From Synergistales bacterium (GTDB lineage: Bacteria; Synergistota; Synergistia; Synergistales; JAFGMB01), in assembly GCA_963666205.1 (NCBI GenBank), contig OY762654.1, forward strand, positions 2,688,001-2,752,000: a stretch of 64,000 nt of DNA. Reading direction: 5' to 3'. This document shows positions 32,112-41,140 of the stretch, in pieces; positions within the stretch are counted from its first letter, which is position 1, and every line of letters begins with the position of its first letter. The translations under genes and the position numbers were made by a program. A model generated the notes under the pieces. It did no database searches and was not told the DNA's origin. It saw nothing but the letters and a program-made list of their open reading frames with translations.

Positions 32112-33002
32112 TCATCTTCTCCCTTCAGGTTTATATCTTTTCCCTCTATGGATAACCATTTTCTGTATTCTTTCAATTATTTTGCGGTCATTGTTATTTC
32201 CAGGTAAAACGACGTTGCTCTTATCAAGATCCACCACCATTCCATCTCTTGCGGCAATAACTCTGGTTAGTGGAGTACATAGCGCTTTTGTCAAGTTATC
32301 TGGTCCTGCCTCCAGAATGGATGTACCCATGTGGTTTATGAGCATTAATTCCGGATTCAGCTTCCTGAGTATATATGGTACTTCTTCGATTGACAGATGG
32401 TCTATCCTTTCGATTCTTTTCAGAAGGGTTATATTGGCGATAAGGATCCTGCTCCTGGAAAAGTGTTCCAGCCAATTATCCTCAAGTCTGGTATCTGAAA
32501 TTAAACCTATTACAGGTGTTGTTTCGCTTTCAAGTTCAAATCCAAAGCATTCAACACCGTGGTGAATAAGCCTTTTACCCCTGATCCTTATATGATCATC
32601 CAGGTCAATATCTTTGTTTTCCTGCCATGTATAGAGCCTTTCAATGTGTTTCCGGAGATGTTCCAGAAGAATGGAACTGCCTTCTGTAAGGCTGTCTTCT
32701 GGTATTACAATGGTTCCCCGCCTGGTCCTTCCCCCGAAGGTCATTGATTCAACCAGGACATTGAGGTCGTTGCTGTGGTCTATATGACGATGTGTCAGGA
32801 TAATAGCATCTATCTTTGTTGGATCAAGGTCAGGTAACATTTCACATATTTTTACCAGAGCCCCGGGACCTGGGTCGATTACCAGATTTTTTTTGTTTAT
32901 CCTTATCCACATACCACCTGAAGCTCTCATCTGATACATCATCGAAAACCTGGCTCCGGATGTTCCAAGGAATAGAAGGAAGTTTTCAGGTAATGAATTC
33001 AA
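32112..33002 (-). CDS. MBL-fold metallo-hydrolase
   Basis: FLGTSG, IDPGPG, THRHIDH (HxHxDH), SDT motifs. Confidence 0.85.
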   Translation of the reverse strand: MNSLPENFLLFLGTSGARFSMMYQMRASGGMWIRINKKNLVIDPGPGALVKICEMLPDLDPTKIDAIILTHRHIDHSNDLNVLVESMTFGGRTRRGTIVIPEDSLTEGSSILLEHLRKHIERLYTWQENKDIDLDDHIRIRGKRLIHHGVECFGFELESETTPVIGLISDTRLEDNWLEHFSRSRILIANITLLKRIERIDHLSIEEVPYILRKLNPELMLINHMGTSILEAGPDNLTKALCTPLTRVIAARDGMVVDLDKSNVVLPGNNNDRKIIERIQKMVIHRGKRYKPEGRR

Positions 33003-33008
33003 ATATTC

Positions 33009-33572
33009 TTACTCCGTTTCCTTGAATAAAGGCAGAAGCTCCTTGAACTGTGGGGTACCTGCCCTGCAGATCAACTGATAAATGACTGATTCTGACGGAA
33101 TTATCATAGCACCATATCGGCCCATGGTATCCATGGCATAATTATGATTCTGACATACCCTGCTTCCACATGCATCAACAGCCACTATAACCTTAATCTT
33201 TTTCTCAAGCATTGCCATCACAGTAGAAAACACACATATGTGACTCTCAATGCCGAATACAACGACCTGTTCTCTGGTCTGATCATTCAGGAATAACTCA
33301 AAACCCGCTTCGGCCATGCAGGAAAAGTGAGTTTTTTCGAACCTTTCCGAATCAGGGGGAAGTACCTTAAGCAGATCCTCTGAAGTCCCCCCCAGTCCGC
33401 GGGGATATTGTTCTGTATATTTCAATGGAACATTCAGAGTCGTAGCTGCTCTTGCGAGTTTAACGCTGTTTCGGAGGACCTTGTCATGATCGTTTATAGC
33501 CGGTAAAAGTTTTTCCTGTATATCGATCATAAGAAACTGGACCTTATCTGTATTTAGCGTAAAAGGTGTCAT
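33009..33572 (-). CDS. Isochorismatase family hydrolase
   Basis: IDIQEKL, TEQYPRGLG, KTHFS, GIESHICV motifs. Confidence 0.88.
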   Translation of the reverse strand: MTPFTLNTDKVQFLMIDIQEKLLPAINDHDKVLRNSVKLARAATTLNVPLKYTEQYPRGLGGTSEDLLKVLPPDSERFEKTHFSCMAEAGFELFLNDQTREQVVVFGIESHICVFSTVMAMLEKKIKVIVAVDACGSRVCQNHNYAMDTMGRYGAMIIPSESVIYQLICRAGTPQFKELLPLFKETE

Positions 33573-33776
33573 TAGAATTATCTCTCCTTCCATAAGAACC
33601 TTTCATGATCAATGACTCCATGGCTTATGACTTACTGCATTTTATAACACATACGGGGGATCATAACCATAGTACTTTCTGTTCTACGCATTTTTCCTGT
33701 GTTGCATTTCCATGTCTTTGTGCTATGCTTGCAAAAATCGGACAAAATGCCTTTTACAGGAGGGGGTTTGGAAAGT

Positions 33777-34403
33777 ATGCATTCCCGTCATGATAAAGAT
33801 AAGGAATGGACTATTGGAGAAATACTTCGGGAAATGTCTACCCCAAGGTTTCCCCATTTTATTACCAGGGTGATAGACCAGGTTCAGAACTGGATGTCTG
33901 AGCTTATATATGAAGACAGGGATGAGACTGAAAGAGACCTTTATTCAATGATGGATGGTTCCGTTCCTGGCGATCCTGAAAAACTCATAAGAGAACTGGA
34001 ATGGGTAGAGGACTTTGCCGACCTCTTTCCCGGGACCTCTCAACCTTCGGGTCAAAAGGATATGATAGTTCTTTGTCTGGGTCCTGCTGATTTTGATGAT
34101 GGCATGAGGATAGCCGTTGATCATTCGGCCCTTTTCGCAAGGGGATTGTGTAAACGGGTCTGGATCCTTTGTGATAACTGGATAATGGGAGAAGTCATAA
34201 GATACCTGCAGCATATCAGGGCTCTGAACAGCGAAGGAGTCACTTTCCATTTCATACTGGTGACTCCCTGGGGATGGTCAGAGGTACCGATAAGTCATGA
34301 TCCAGTTGCCGGTAGAAAACTTGACTGGAAAAATCCAAGGAAGGGTTCTTCCAGCAAACCTAATGCACCCCTGGAAGATGAAGGAAACAGTAATATAAGG
34401 TAA
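33777..34403 (+). CDS. Hypothetical protein
   Basis: Clean ORF with GGAGG upstream; no recognised motif. Confidence 0.65.
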   Translation: MHSRHDKDKEWTIGEILREMSTPRFPHFITRVIDQVQNWMSELIYEDRDETERDLYSMMDGSVPGDPEKLIRELEWVEDFADLFPGTSQPSGQKDMIVLCLGPADFDDGMRIAVDHSALFARGLCKRVWILCDNWIMGEVIRYLQHIRALNSEGVTFHFILVTPWGWSEVPISHDPVAGRKLDWKNPRKGSSSKPNAPLEDEGNSNIR

Positions 34404-34473
34404 GATAGTTTAATTTCAGGATCCGAAACGAAGGATATTGTATCAATCATCAATGAAGGATGTATTTTAATGT

Positions 34474-34502
34474 TTGACGCAGACTTGTCGGAATGATACA
34501 AT
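34474..34502 (+). promoter_or_regulatory. Sigma70 promoter for tRNA-Pro
   Basis: TTGACG-17-TACAAT with extended TG and GC-rich discriminator. Confidence 0.75.
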
Positions 34503-34511
34503 TCCGCCGTT

Positions 34512-34589
<78 letters not shown>

Positions 34590-34600
34590 ATTATGGAACG

Positions 34601-34636
34601 AAATCCTGGCGTTTTCTGCCAGGATTTTTCTTTTTT
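34601..34636 (+). terminator. Intrinsic terminator after tRNA-Pro
   Basis: aaatcctggc...gccaggattt followed by a T-rich tract. Confidence 0.8.
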
Positions 34637-34675
34637 CCTGACAAAGTTGTAGATGACAGGTCGTTGCAACCTGCC

Positions 34676-34704
34676 TTGATTAATACTGACTAACCTGTTA
34701 TAAT
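34676..34704 (+). promoter_or_regulatory. Sigma70 promoter for smpB-ssrA
   Basis: TTGATT-17-TATAAT with extended TG. Confidence 0.65.
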
Positions 34705-34723
34705 CTGCATCGGAGGAGAATTA

Positions 34724-35179
34724 ATGGATGATCACAAAGTAGCGCAGAATAGAAAAGCCAGACATGATTATTTTATCCTGGATACCTTTGAATGCGGTGT
34801 AGTTCTTACAGGTACTGAAATTAAATCGGTAAGGGCTGGTCGTCTGAATCTCAAGGATGGTTACGCCAGTATCAAGGATGGAGAGCTTTGGCTATTGAAT
34901 GTTCATATTTCTCCTTACGACAAGGCCAGTTTCTACAATCATGAACCTTTACGACCCAGAAAGCTTCTGATGCACCGTTATGAAATAATGAGGTTACTGG
35001 GAAAGGTTAAGGAAAAAGGACTTACTCTGGTTCCGTTGTCGGTTTACATCAAGGGTGGCCGTAGAGCAAAAGTGGAAATAGCCCTTGTTAAAGGTAAGAG
35101 TCAGCATGATAAGCGTGACAGTATCGCTGAACGTGACGCCAAACGTTCAATGGAGCAGGCCTTGAAAAACAGGGATTGA
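34724..35179 (+). CDS. smpB: SsrA-binding protein
   Basis: NRKARHDY, LTGTEIKS, RKLLMH, HDKR motifs. Confidence 0.97.
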   Translation: MDDHKVAQNRKARHDYFILDTFECGVVLTGTEIKSVRAGRLNLKDGYASIKDGELWLLNVHISPYDKASFYNHEPLRPRKLLMHRYEIMRLLGKVKEKGLTLVPLSVYIKGGRRAKVEIALVKGKSQHDKRDSIAERDAKRSMEQALKNRD

Positions 35180-35200
35180 ACAGTTTAAGATAAAACTTAT

Positions 35201-35551
35201 GGGGGCGACTGGTTTCGACGGCAAGTTGGAGGGTATGGAAGAGCGGGTCGAGGTCTCCGTAACCTCGTTAACAAACGGAAAAAAACAATAATTGCCAACA
35301 ATAATTACGCACTGGCTGCCTAGATAGCGGCCACGTCTCAGGGAATTTCGTCGCCGGGTTTCCTGCCGACGTCATAACAGGCGAATGCCTCATCCGGCAA
35401 GCTCCGGTCCGGGTGGGAAAGATCAACGGAGATTGGGGTTGAATATCCTGTTCCTGGGGTATTTGGCTCGACACTAAACAGGAACTACACCCGTAGGGCT
35501 TCCATTACTGGCCCTTGTCGGACCGGGGTTCGATTCCCCGCGCCTCCACCA
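35201..35551 (+). ncRNA. ssrA: tmRNA; tag reading frame ANNNYALAA-stop at 35294-35323
   Basis: 5' GGGGGCG..GGTTTCGAC, 3' GGTTCGATTCCCCGCGCCTCCACCA with G3:U pair; tag ends YALAA; follows smpB. Confidence 0.96.
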
Positions 35552-35718
35552 TATGATAACGAGCAGTCAACAGAGAACGTTCTGTTGGCTGCTTTTTTTA
35601 TTGTTTTTAAGCTTTTCAGTATCCGAACATTTAACGCTGAATTCCATAAAATGGTTGGAATTAGTATCCAAATATATCTGTTTCACGGACTTCATCTCCG
35701 AAGGAGTTATATCAATAG
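35531..35718 (+). repeat. Direct repeat copy 1 (tmRNA 3' end, terminator and arm-like sites)
   Basis: ~188 bp matching 40319-40507 with about 8 differences by eye. Confidence 0.93.
35562..35599 (+). terminator. Terminator after ssrA (duplicated at ~40350-40388)
   Basis: agcagtcaacaga-gaacgt-tctgttggctgct followed by a T run. Confidence 0.8.
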
Positions 35719-35831
35719 GGCAGGGCAGCGATATTGTCCGGTCTTCTTCTTATGCTAAAGGATTGTATTTATAAAAGTGGGTCTTAGTGCTATGGTAATG
35801 GCAGATGCTTTCATAGAAAGATAATAAAGGA

Positions 35832-36764
35832 GTGGTTCCCATAATTACCATACCGGATTATCAATCTCTATTGTTGCCGTTCTTGAAACACCTTTCCGAT
35901 GGTAAAGAGCATACGAAACAAGAAATGATCGAACTTCTTGCTGCAGATTTTAAACTGACTCCCGCCGAACGTGAGGAACTATTGCCGAGTGGCAGACAAA
36001 GGATTTTTGATAACAGAGTCGGTTGGGCAAGGACATATCTCAAGAAGGCATTGTTGTTACAATCACCTGCCAGAGGCAGCTATACCATCACAGATAGAGG
36101 CAGGCAGGTCTTATCGGAAAACCTAAGCAAGATCGATGTGAATTACTTAAAGCGGTTTCCCGAATTTGTAGCTTTTCAGAATAATTCCAAGAAGAACAAC
36201 AATAAACCTTCCATCAGTAGAGAAGTCCCAAAAACTGAAAACACTCAGACTCCGGAAGAGAACCTGGAGGCATCATACCAGACCTTGCGCCATAATCTTG
36301 CCCAGGAACTGCTTTCAAAGGTCATTGAATGCAGCCCTAGCTTTTTTGAGAATCTTGTGATCGAGCTTCTTTTAAAGATGGGCTATGGAGGTTCACGGAA
36401 GGATGCAGGACAGGCCATCGGTAAAACTGGTGATGGTGGTATAGATGGGATTATAAAGGAAGATCGCCTGGGCCTTGATGTGGTTTATGTACAGGCGAAG
36501 AGATGGGAAGGGACTGTCAGCAGACCTGAAATACAAAAATTTGTGGGCGCACTTCAGGGTAAGAAGGCCAGGAAAGGGATATTCATAACCACTGGATCTT
36601 TTACCTCTCATGCCCGTGATTATGTGAAAGACATACAGAGCAGTCTGGTTCTTATAGATGGAGAAGATCTTTCTTATTATATGATCGACTTCGGGGTGGG
36701 GGTTTCTCCGGTAGCGACCTATCAAATCATGGCAATCGATTCAGACTACTTCATGGATGAATGA
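35832..36764 (+). CDS. mrr: Mrr family type IV restriction endonuclease (true start possibly ATT at 35844)
   Basis: Mrr N-terminal wHTH (IPDYQ, NRVGWARTYL) and catalytic DGGIDG..YVQAKRW. Confidence 0.92.
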   Translation: MVPIITIPDYQSLLLPFLKHLSDGKEHTKQEMIELLAADFKLTPAEREELLPSGRQRIFDNRVGWARTYLKKALLLQSPARGSYTITDRGRQVLSENLSKIDVNYLKRFPEFVAFQNNSKKNNNKPSISREVPKTENTQTPEENLEASYQTLRHNLAQELLSKVIECSPSFFENLVIELLLKMGYGGSRKDAGQAIGKTGDGGIDGIIKEDRLGLDVVYVQAKRWEGTVSRPEIQKFVGALQGKKARKGIFITTGSFTSHARDYVKDIQSSLVLIDGEDLSYYMIDFGVGVSPVATYQIMAIDSDYFMDE

Positions 36765-36801
36765 TCTCGGACATTGGTAACAGAAAGGAGAGCCTTCCAT
36801 T

Positions 36802-37155
36802 TTGAAGCATATATTTCTTGAAACTCTTGCAAAGGGAAATCGGAAAAAGTCATTCCGTGCCGACATTGGTGAAAAATATATTAAAATTTATACTGGTACA
36901 AAGAACTCATCTGAAAGGTTTGCAAACGACTTGATAGAGGATTGCCTGAATTATTTTGCTCATAAAGACTGGTTCATTCTCGGCAATGCTATTGATGGAG
37001 TAAAACCTGGAGGGCTTGGTGATTATTTCAAGAACACTTTGAAGATGAGTCCGAAGTATGCCAGCCACTTTGCTTCTCTTATGGTTGGGCTTGGCAAACT
37101 CGAATATAGGTACGGATCTTACTGCAGGTTGGAGTTTAGAGTAGCAAAACGGTAA
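36802..37155 (+). CDS. Hypothetical protein, 117 aa
   Basis: AAGGAG RBS, TTG start, directly after mrr. Confidence 0.7.
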   Translation: MKHIFLETLAKGNRKKSFRADIGEKYIKIYTGTKNSSERFANDLIEDCLNYFAHKDWFILGNAIDGVKPGGLGDYFKNTLKMSPKYASHFASLMVGLGKLEYRYGSYCRLEFRVAKR

Positions 37156-37233
37156 GCTTGTTTTGCTGCTTAGATCTATTTCGAGATTACTTTTATTACT
37201 GAAATTATCAAATATCGTGAAGGGGGGAAATAT

Positions 37234-38241
37234 ATGACACAGCTATTTTTGAACAAGGAAAAAATCGACAGTGTTTTTCAACTCTTGGGGACAAAAGAGG
37301 ATGACATTACATATAGCATAGGTTATGCCCTTTCAAACAGTCTTGAATTTCTAACTTCTTTTGTTCTCAGCATTTACGACAAAGCAATTATAAACGATAG
37401 CCTCAAAATTACACTCCAAAAATCTGAGTCAGGCAATGGTCGCACTGATATTGAAATTGAAGCAGAAAATTTCCATTTTATTCTAGAGGCAAAAAGAGGC
37501 TATTGGTTGCCAGATGTTCAGCAATTATTCCGTTACTCATTAAGATTTCGTAGCAGTCCAAGGAAGCTATGCAAAATAATAGTTCTCACAGAATGTTTTC
37601 CTGATTTTGCAAAAAAAATACTGCCCAAAACGGTAAATAATTATCCAGTTGATTATAGGAGCTGGAGGCAAATATATGAGTTGACACAAAATCTGAAAGC
37701 TGTGAAGAAAAAACAAATCTTTGTATCGGAATTGAAGAAATATTTGGGAGGTATCATAAGCATGCAGAAACAGGAATCAAATCTCGTTTATGTTGTTTCT
37801 TTATCAAAGAATACGTTTGTAAAGGACTTAAGTTTTATTGATGTAGTAAAAGATAAGAATATCTATTTCCATCCTCTAGGAGGGAAAGCTGGTTGGCCCA
37901 CGGAGCCTCCAAATTATATCGGGTTCCGATATAATGGAAAGTTACAAAGTATCCGTCATATTGAGGAATATGCTATTACAGATATCCCTCATATTAAGGA
38001 ATATGCTATTACAGATACACCAGATGATAGAAGCATTTTCTCTAAGAAAATCAATAATAATACAATGAATGATTTACACTATTTATATTGGCTTGGGAAT
38101 CCAATTAAACCTCTCCAGGAAGTTAAGACAGGGAAGATTTGGCCAAGTGGACGTGTATGGGCAAGTCTAGATTTATTGTTGACCAGTCACACCATTTTTG
38201 AGGCAAGAGATAAGACAAAAGTGCGAATGGGCTGGGAATAA
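37234..38241 (+). CDS. PD-(D/E)XK superfamily nuclease with uncharacterised C-terminal domain
   Basis: GRTDIEI...FILEAK catalytic pattern. Confidence 0.68.
   Translation: MTQLFLNKEKIDSVFQLLGTKEDDITYSIGYALSNSLEFLTSFVLSIYDKAIINDSLKITLQKSESGNGRTDIEIEAENFHFILEAKRGYWLPDVQQLFRYSLRFRSSPRKLCKIIVLTECFPDFAKKILPKTVNNYPVDYRSWRQIYELTQNLKAVKKKQIFVSELKKYLGGIISMQKQESNLVYVVSLSKNTFVKDLSFIDVVKDKNIYFHPLGGKAGWPTEPPNYIGFRYNGKLQSIRHIEEYAITDIPHIKEYAITDTPDDRSIFSKKINNNTMNDLHYLYWLGNPIKPLQEVKTGKIWPSGRVWASLDLLLTSHTIFEARDKTKVRMGWE
37957..38022 (+). repeat. In-frame 33-bp tandem duplication
   Basis: catattgaggaatatgctattacagatatccct / catattaaggaatatgctattacagatacacca. Confidence 0.9.
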
Positions 38242-38285
38242 TAAGTTTTGGTGTAAAGAAGCAATCTGTTGGAGGGGGCAATGCT

Positions 38286-39101
38286 ATGAATGGATACAAG
38301 CCTGTATGGGAAATGGTTAAAGAAGCTGTTCAAACATTGGATGGTAGGGCAAGTTACAAACAGATCATGTCTTACATAACCCCCAAATATCCTGGAACTA
38401 AGGAAAATACTATTAGGTGTCAGATAATAGCTTGTACCGTTAATCACCCAAGTAGCGTTTATTATGGAAGTAAAAAAGTCGGCATTTCCAATGGAAGCAA
38501 TAATTTCCTGTTCACAACAGGCAATGGGCAAGTTGAATGGTATGACCCTCAAAAACATGGAGTCTGGGGGGTTATAAAGAATGAAGAGGGAAAACTTAAA
38601 GTTTCTAAAATGGAGACAGATCCAGAAAATATTATCTTTGAAGCCTTTTTTGATCCTTCTCCTTTAATAGAAGAAGAATGCGAGGAAGAAAATGTGAACC
38701 TGGGATTTCCCGTAGAAAGCCATTTGCGGGACTTTATTGCTAAGAATATTGAGTCTCTTCAAGTGGGTAATTCAAGCTTGAGCCTTTTTCTGGATGAAGA
38801 TGAAAGAAGTGGCGTAGAATATCCGACCCAGGTCGGGCCTATCGATATTCTTGCTGTGGATTCTCATGACAATTTTGTGGTTTTTGAACTGAAACTGAGT
38901 AGAGGTCCTGATAGAGCGCTCGGACAACTTGCACGTTATATGGGCTGGGTAAAAAAGAACCTTGCTAATGGTAAAGAGGTTAAAGGCATTATCATTGCCA
39001 GGAATGTGGATGAAAAGCTCAAGTATGCTGCTGAAGTCATGGATAAAGTCGAACTCTATGAGTATGAAATGCAGTTTACAATCAATGGAGTAAGGTTATA
39101 G
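38286..39101 (+). CDS. N-terminal HTH-like domain fused to a NucS/DUF91-like endonuclease domain
   Basis: ESHLRDFI, EYPT..GPIDILA, VVFELK, GQLARYMGW motifs. Confidence 0.8.
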   Translation: MNGYKPVWEMVKEAVQTLDGRASYKQIMSYITPKYPGTKENTIRCQIIACTVNHPSSVYYGSKKVGISNGSNNFLFTTGNGQVEWYDPQKHGVWGVIKNEEGKLKVSKMETDPENIIFEAFFDPSPLIEEECEEENVNLGFPVESHLRDFIAKNIESLQVGNSSLSLFLDEDERSGVEYPTQVGPIDILAVDSHDNFVVFELKLSRGPDRALGQLARYMGWVKKNLANGKEVKGIIIARNVDEKLKYAAEVMDKVELYEYEMQFTINGVRL

Positions 39102-39637
39102 ATTATTTACGGAGACCAACAAAAAGATCACATCCAAGCTTCGGGAGTTTATTTTATGTAAATATAAATGGAATAATTTATCTAAATTTCTATATGAGAT
39201 CAGACTTGACGGACTGGTTAAGTGCATTGGTTGCATTTTATCGTTGAAGTGAAAAAATTATAGTGTTAATATTTCTTTAGAGAGTGACATTTGTGTACCT
39301 TCCATTATTGAGTGATGAGAGAACCCCATTTTTAGTTTATTGAAGAAGAATTAAAGTCATCTCCAGACTTACCTGCTTAAACGGTTGCCGGTGTGAATTA
39401 ACCCCCGCTGCTAATGGGTTGTGTTAAAAAGTTTTAGGATGAATAACTTTTTGATAATGAAGTATTTGTAGGGATCTGATAGGCGTTTAATCTTCCTTGC
39501 AATTCTATGAATCTAATCTTTATCAAAATAATAAAAAAGAGATTTTATCCCCGACGCGATCGTATTATCTGCAACATATGAGAGTGTTTTTCAATCTCTG
39601 TTAAAAGATTGGCCAAATACATACTTTAGGAGGGAGA

Positions 39638-39979
39638 ATGAAGATGAGCAAAAATGATGAGGGGAAAAACGATTGGGCACCAATAGTGTTGTTGATTCTG
39701 GCTGCTATTGTTGCCTTTTTTTTGGCACCCGGTGTTTTGGTAATGGGGATATCGAAAGAAATAATTGGAGTAAATTTTGACCCAGCTCAGATGTGGACCT
39801 TTGCTTTTGTCGTTTCGCTTTTTATCTTTATTGCCATGAAAGTCATTAGGAAATTCTGGTTGAATGCGTTGAAAAGTTACTTAGCTATATGTGTTCTCAT
39901 CACTTTAGTTATGGTTATATCCCATTTTGGCTTTAAGGCAGAATGGCCAGCCATCATGTTGAATGGATTTTTGAATTAG
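39638..39979 (+). CDS. Hypothetical membrane protein (about 3 TM)
   Basis: AGGAGG RBS; three hydrophobic segments. Confidence 0.7.
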   Translation: MKMSKNDEGKNDWAPIVLLILAAIVAFFLAPGVLVMGISKEIIGVNFDPAQMWTFAFVVSLFIFIAMKVIRKFWLNALKSYLAICVLITLVMVISHFGFKAEWPAIMLNGFLN

Positions 39980-40205
39980 AAACATTCCGTAACTTTAATG
40001 CATAAAACGCGTGTCTTTCTGTAGTGGCTTGATATGTTAATTCATCTCCAGAGCAAAAGTGGTTAAAACTAGAGCTATTGAGAAAAAGGTTTCTCCACAG
40101 ACTTGGATTTTTATAATTGTTGCCATAAACATAACATTCCACATCTCAATCCCAAATATTTCAATTCTAGAGATTGGAAGTACTAGTCAGGTTCAAATAA
40201 ATGTC

Positions 40206-40251
40206 AATATCCAGAAAGTATCCATAAATAGTATCCAAACAGTATCCATAA
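40206..40251 (+). repeat. Four tandem 11-bp direct repeats (A[G/A]TATCCA...), integrase arm-site-like
   Basis: aatatccagaa 40206, agtatccataa 40217, agtatccaaac 40230, agtatccataa 40241. Confidence 0.8.
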
Positions 40252-40318
40252 ACTGATGAAACGAAATTTAACAATGTAGTAATTGGAATATGTTGGAGGC
40301 AAGCTGGTGGAGGCGTCA

Positions 40319-40507
40319 CGATTCCCCGCGCCTCCATCATATGATAACGAGCAGTCAACAGAGAACGTTCTGTTGGCTGCTTTTTTTTATTGTTTTTAAG
40401 CTTTTCAGTATACGAACATTTACTGCTGAATTCCATAAAATGGTTGGAATTAGTATCCAAATATATCTGTTTCACGGACTTCATCTCCGAAAGAGTAATA
40501 TCAGTAG
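40319..40507 (+). repeat. Direct repeat copy 2 (displaced ssrA 3' end; att junction)
   Basis: Matches 35531-35718; CCA changed to TCA. Confidence 0.93.
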
Positions 40508-40585
40508 ATTTTAAATCTTATGAGGAAATCACAGGTCAATTAAAATCCTTGATCTAGTCCTGGCAAAAGCTTTCGAGTCCAGAAA

Positions 40586-40657
40586 ATAAAAAATGCCCTG
40601 ATCCGGGGGAGATTCAGGGCACTGTAACGAATTACTCTAGGGGAGGGTGGCTCCCAT
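40586..40657 (-). ncRNA. Candidate small RNA with C-rich loops
   Basis: Minus strand: TACAAT -10 (40663-68), GGGAG-ccacc-CTCCC hairpin, then tgccctga-atctcccccgga-tcagggca followed by U6. Confidence 0.35.
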
Positions 40658-40847
40658 GAATTATTGTAAAGGAAGAATCATGAATAAAGATGGAATACAA
40701 AATATTCTAAACATTAAGTCTTATTCCCATTAAGATATCCTCGAAGAATGTGACACTCTGAGCCACAGCTTTCTCAGAAATGAACTGAAATTTATGGAAA
40801 TGAGATCCCGGACTAGAGGCAGGGTCTTAGCTGACCCCTGATCCATA

Positions 40848-41140
40848 TCAATGGGGAAGGGGTCTACACCGGGGTATTTCTCCTCCCAGTATCTTTGTAT
40901 TGGCGATAGGTCTAATGCTTTTAATGTATCCTCTGATATTTCCTCCAAAATTCAGAAAGGGACTGATCTCTTTCTCTGCAAATTGAGGTAAATACCCCAA
41001 CTTCAGGGAGTCATGTAATCCATTTGCTAAATATACAGCAATCCTTCCGTGTCTATTGACGGTGGGGTCCTGAACCAGGTGAATCTTATCTCCTTCCATG
41101 CAACAGCATTTGAGGATTTCCTGTCTATCTATACCGTCTT
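40848..41140 (-). pseudogene. HIRAN-like domain fragment
   Basis: RQEILK..EGDKIHLVQDP...IAVY...KLGYLP..AEKEISPFL pattern; no convincing start or RBS. Confidence 0.5.

Larger units (their letters stand above)
35531..40339. mobile_element. Genomic islet integrated at the tmRNA 3' end, no integrase gene; defence cargo
   Basis: Bounded by duplicated ssrA 3' end (cgattccccgcgcctccaYca); AT-rich nuclease genes inside. Confidence 0.82.

Noticed and set aside
35553-35774. Near-identical ORFs MITSSQQRTFCWLLF (also in 40290-40514)
   Set aside because: By-products of the duplicated terminator/att repeat; no RBS, and the frame differs between copies
39954-40142. Possible integrase C-terminal remnant (ATTERHA)
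   Set aside because: No HxxR or LGH motif; the resemblance is too weak
40206-40251. Short repeats as a CRISPR array
   Set aside because: 11-bp units with 0-2 bp between them; no spacers or cas genes
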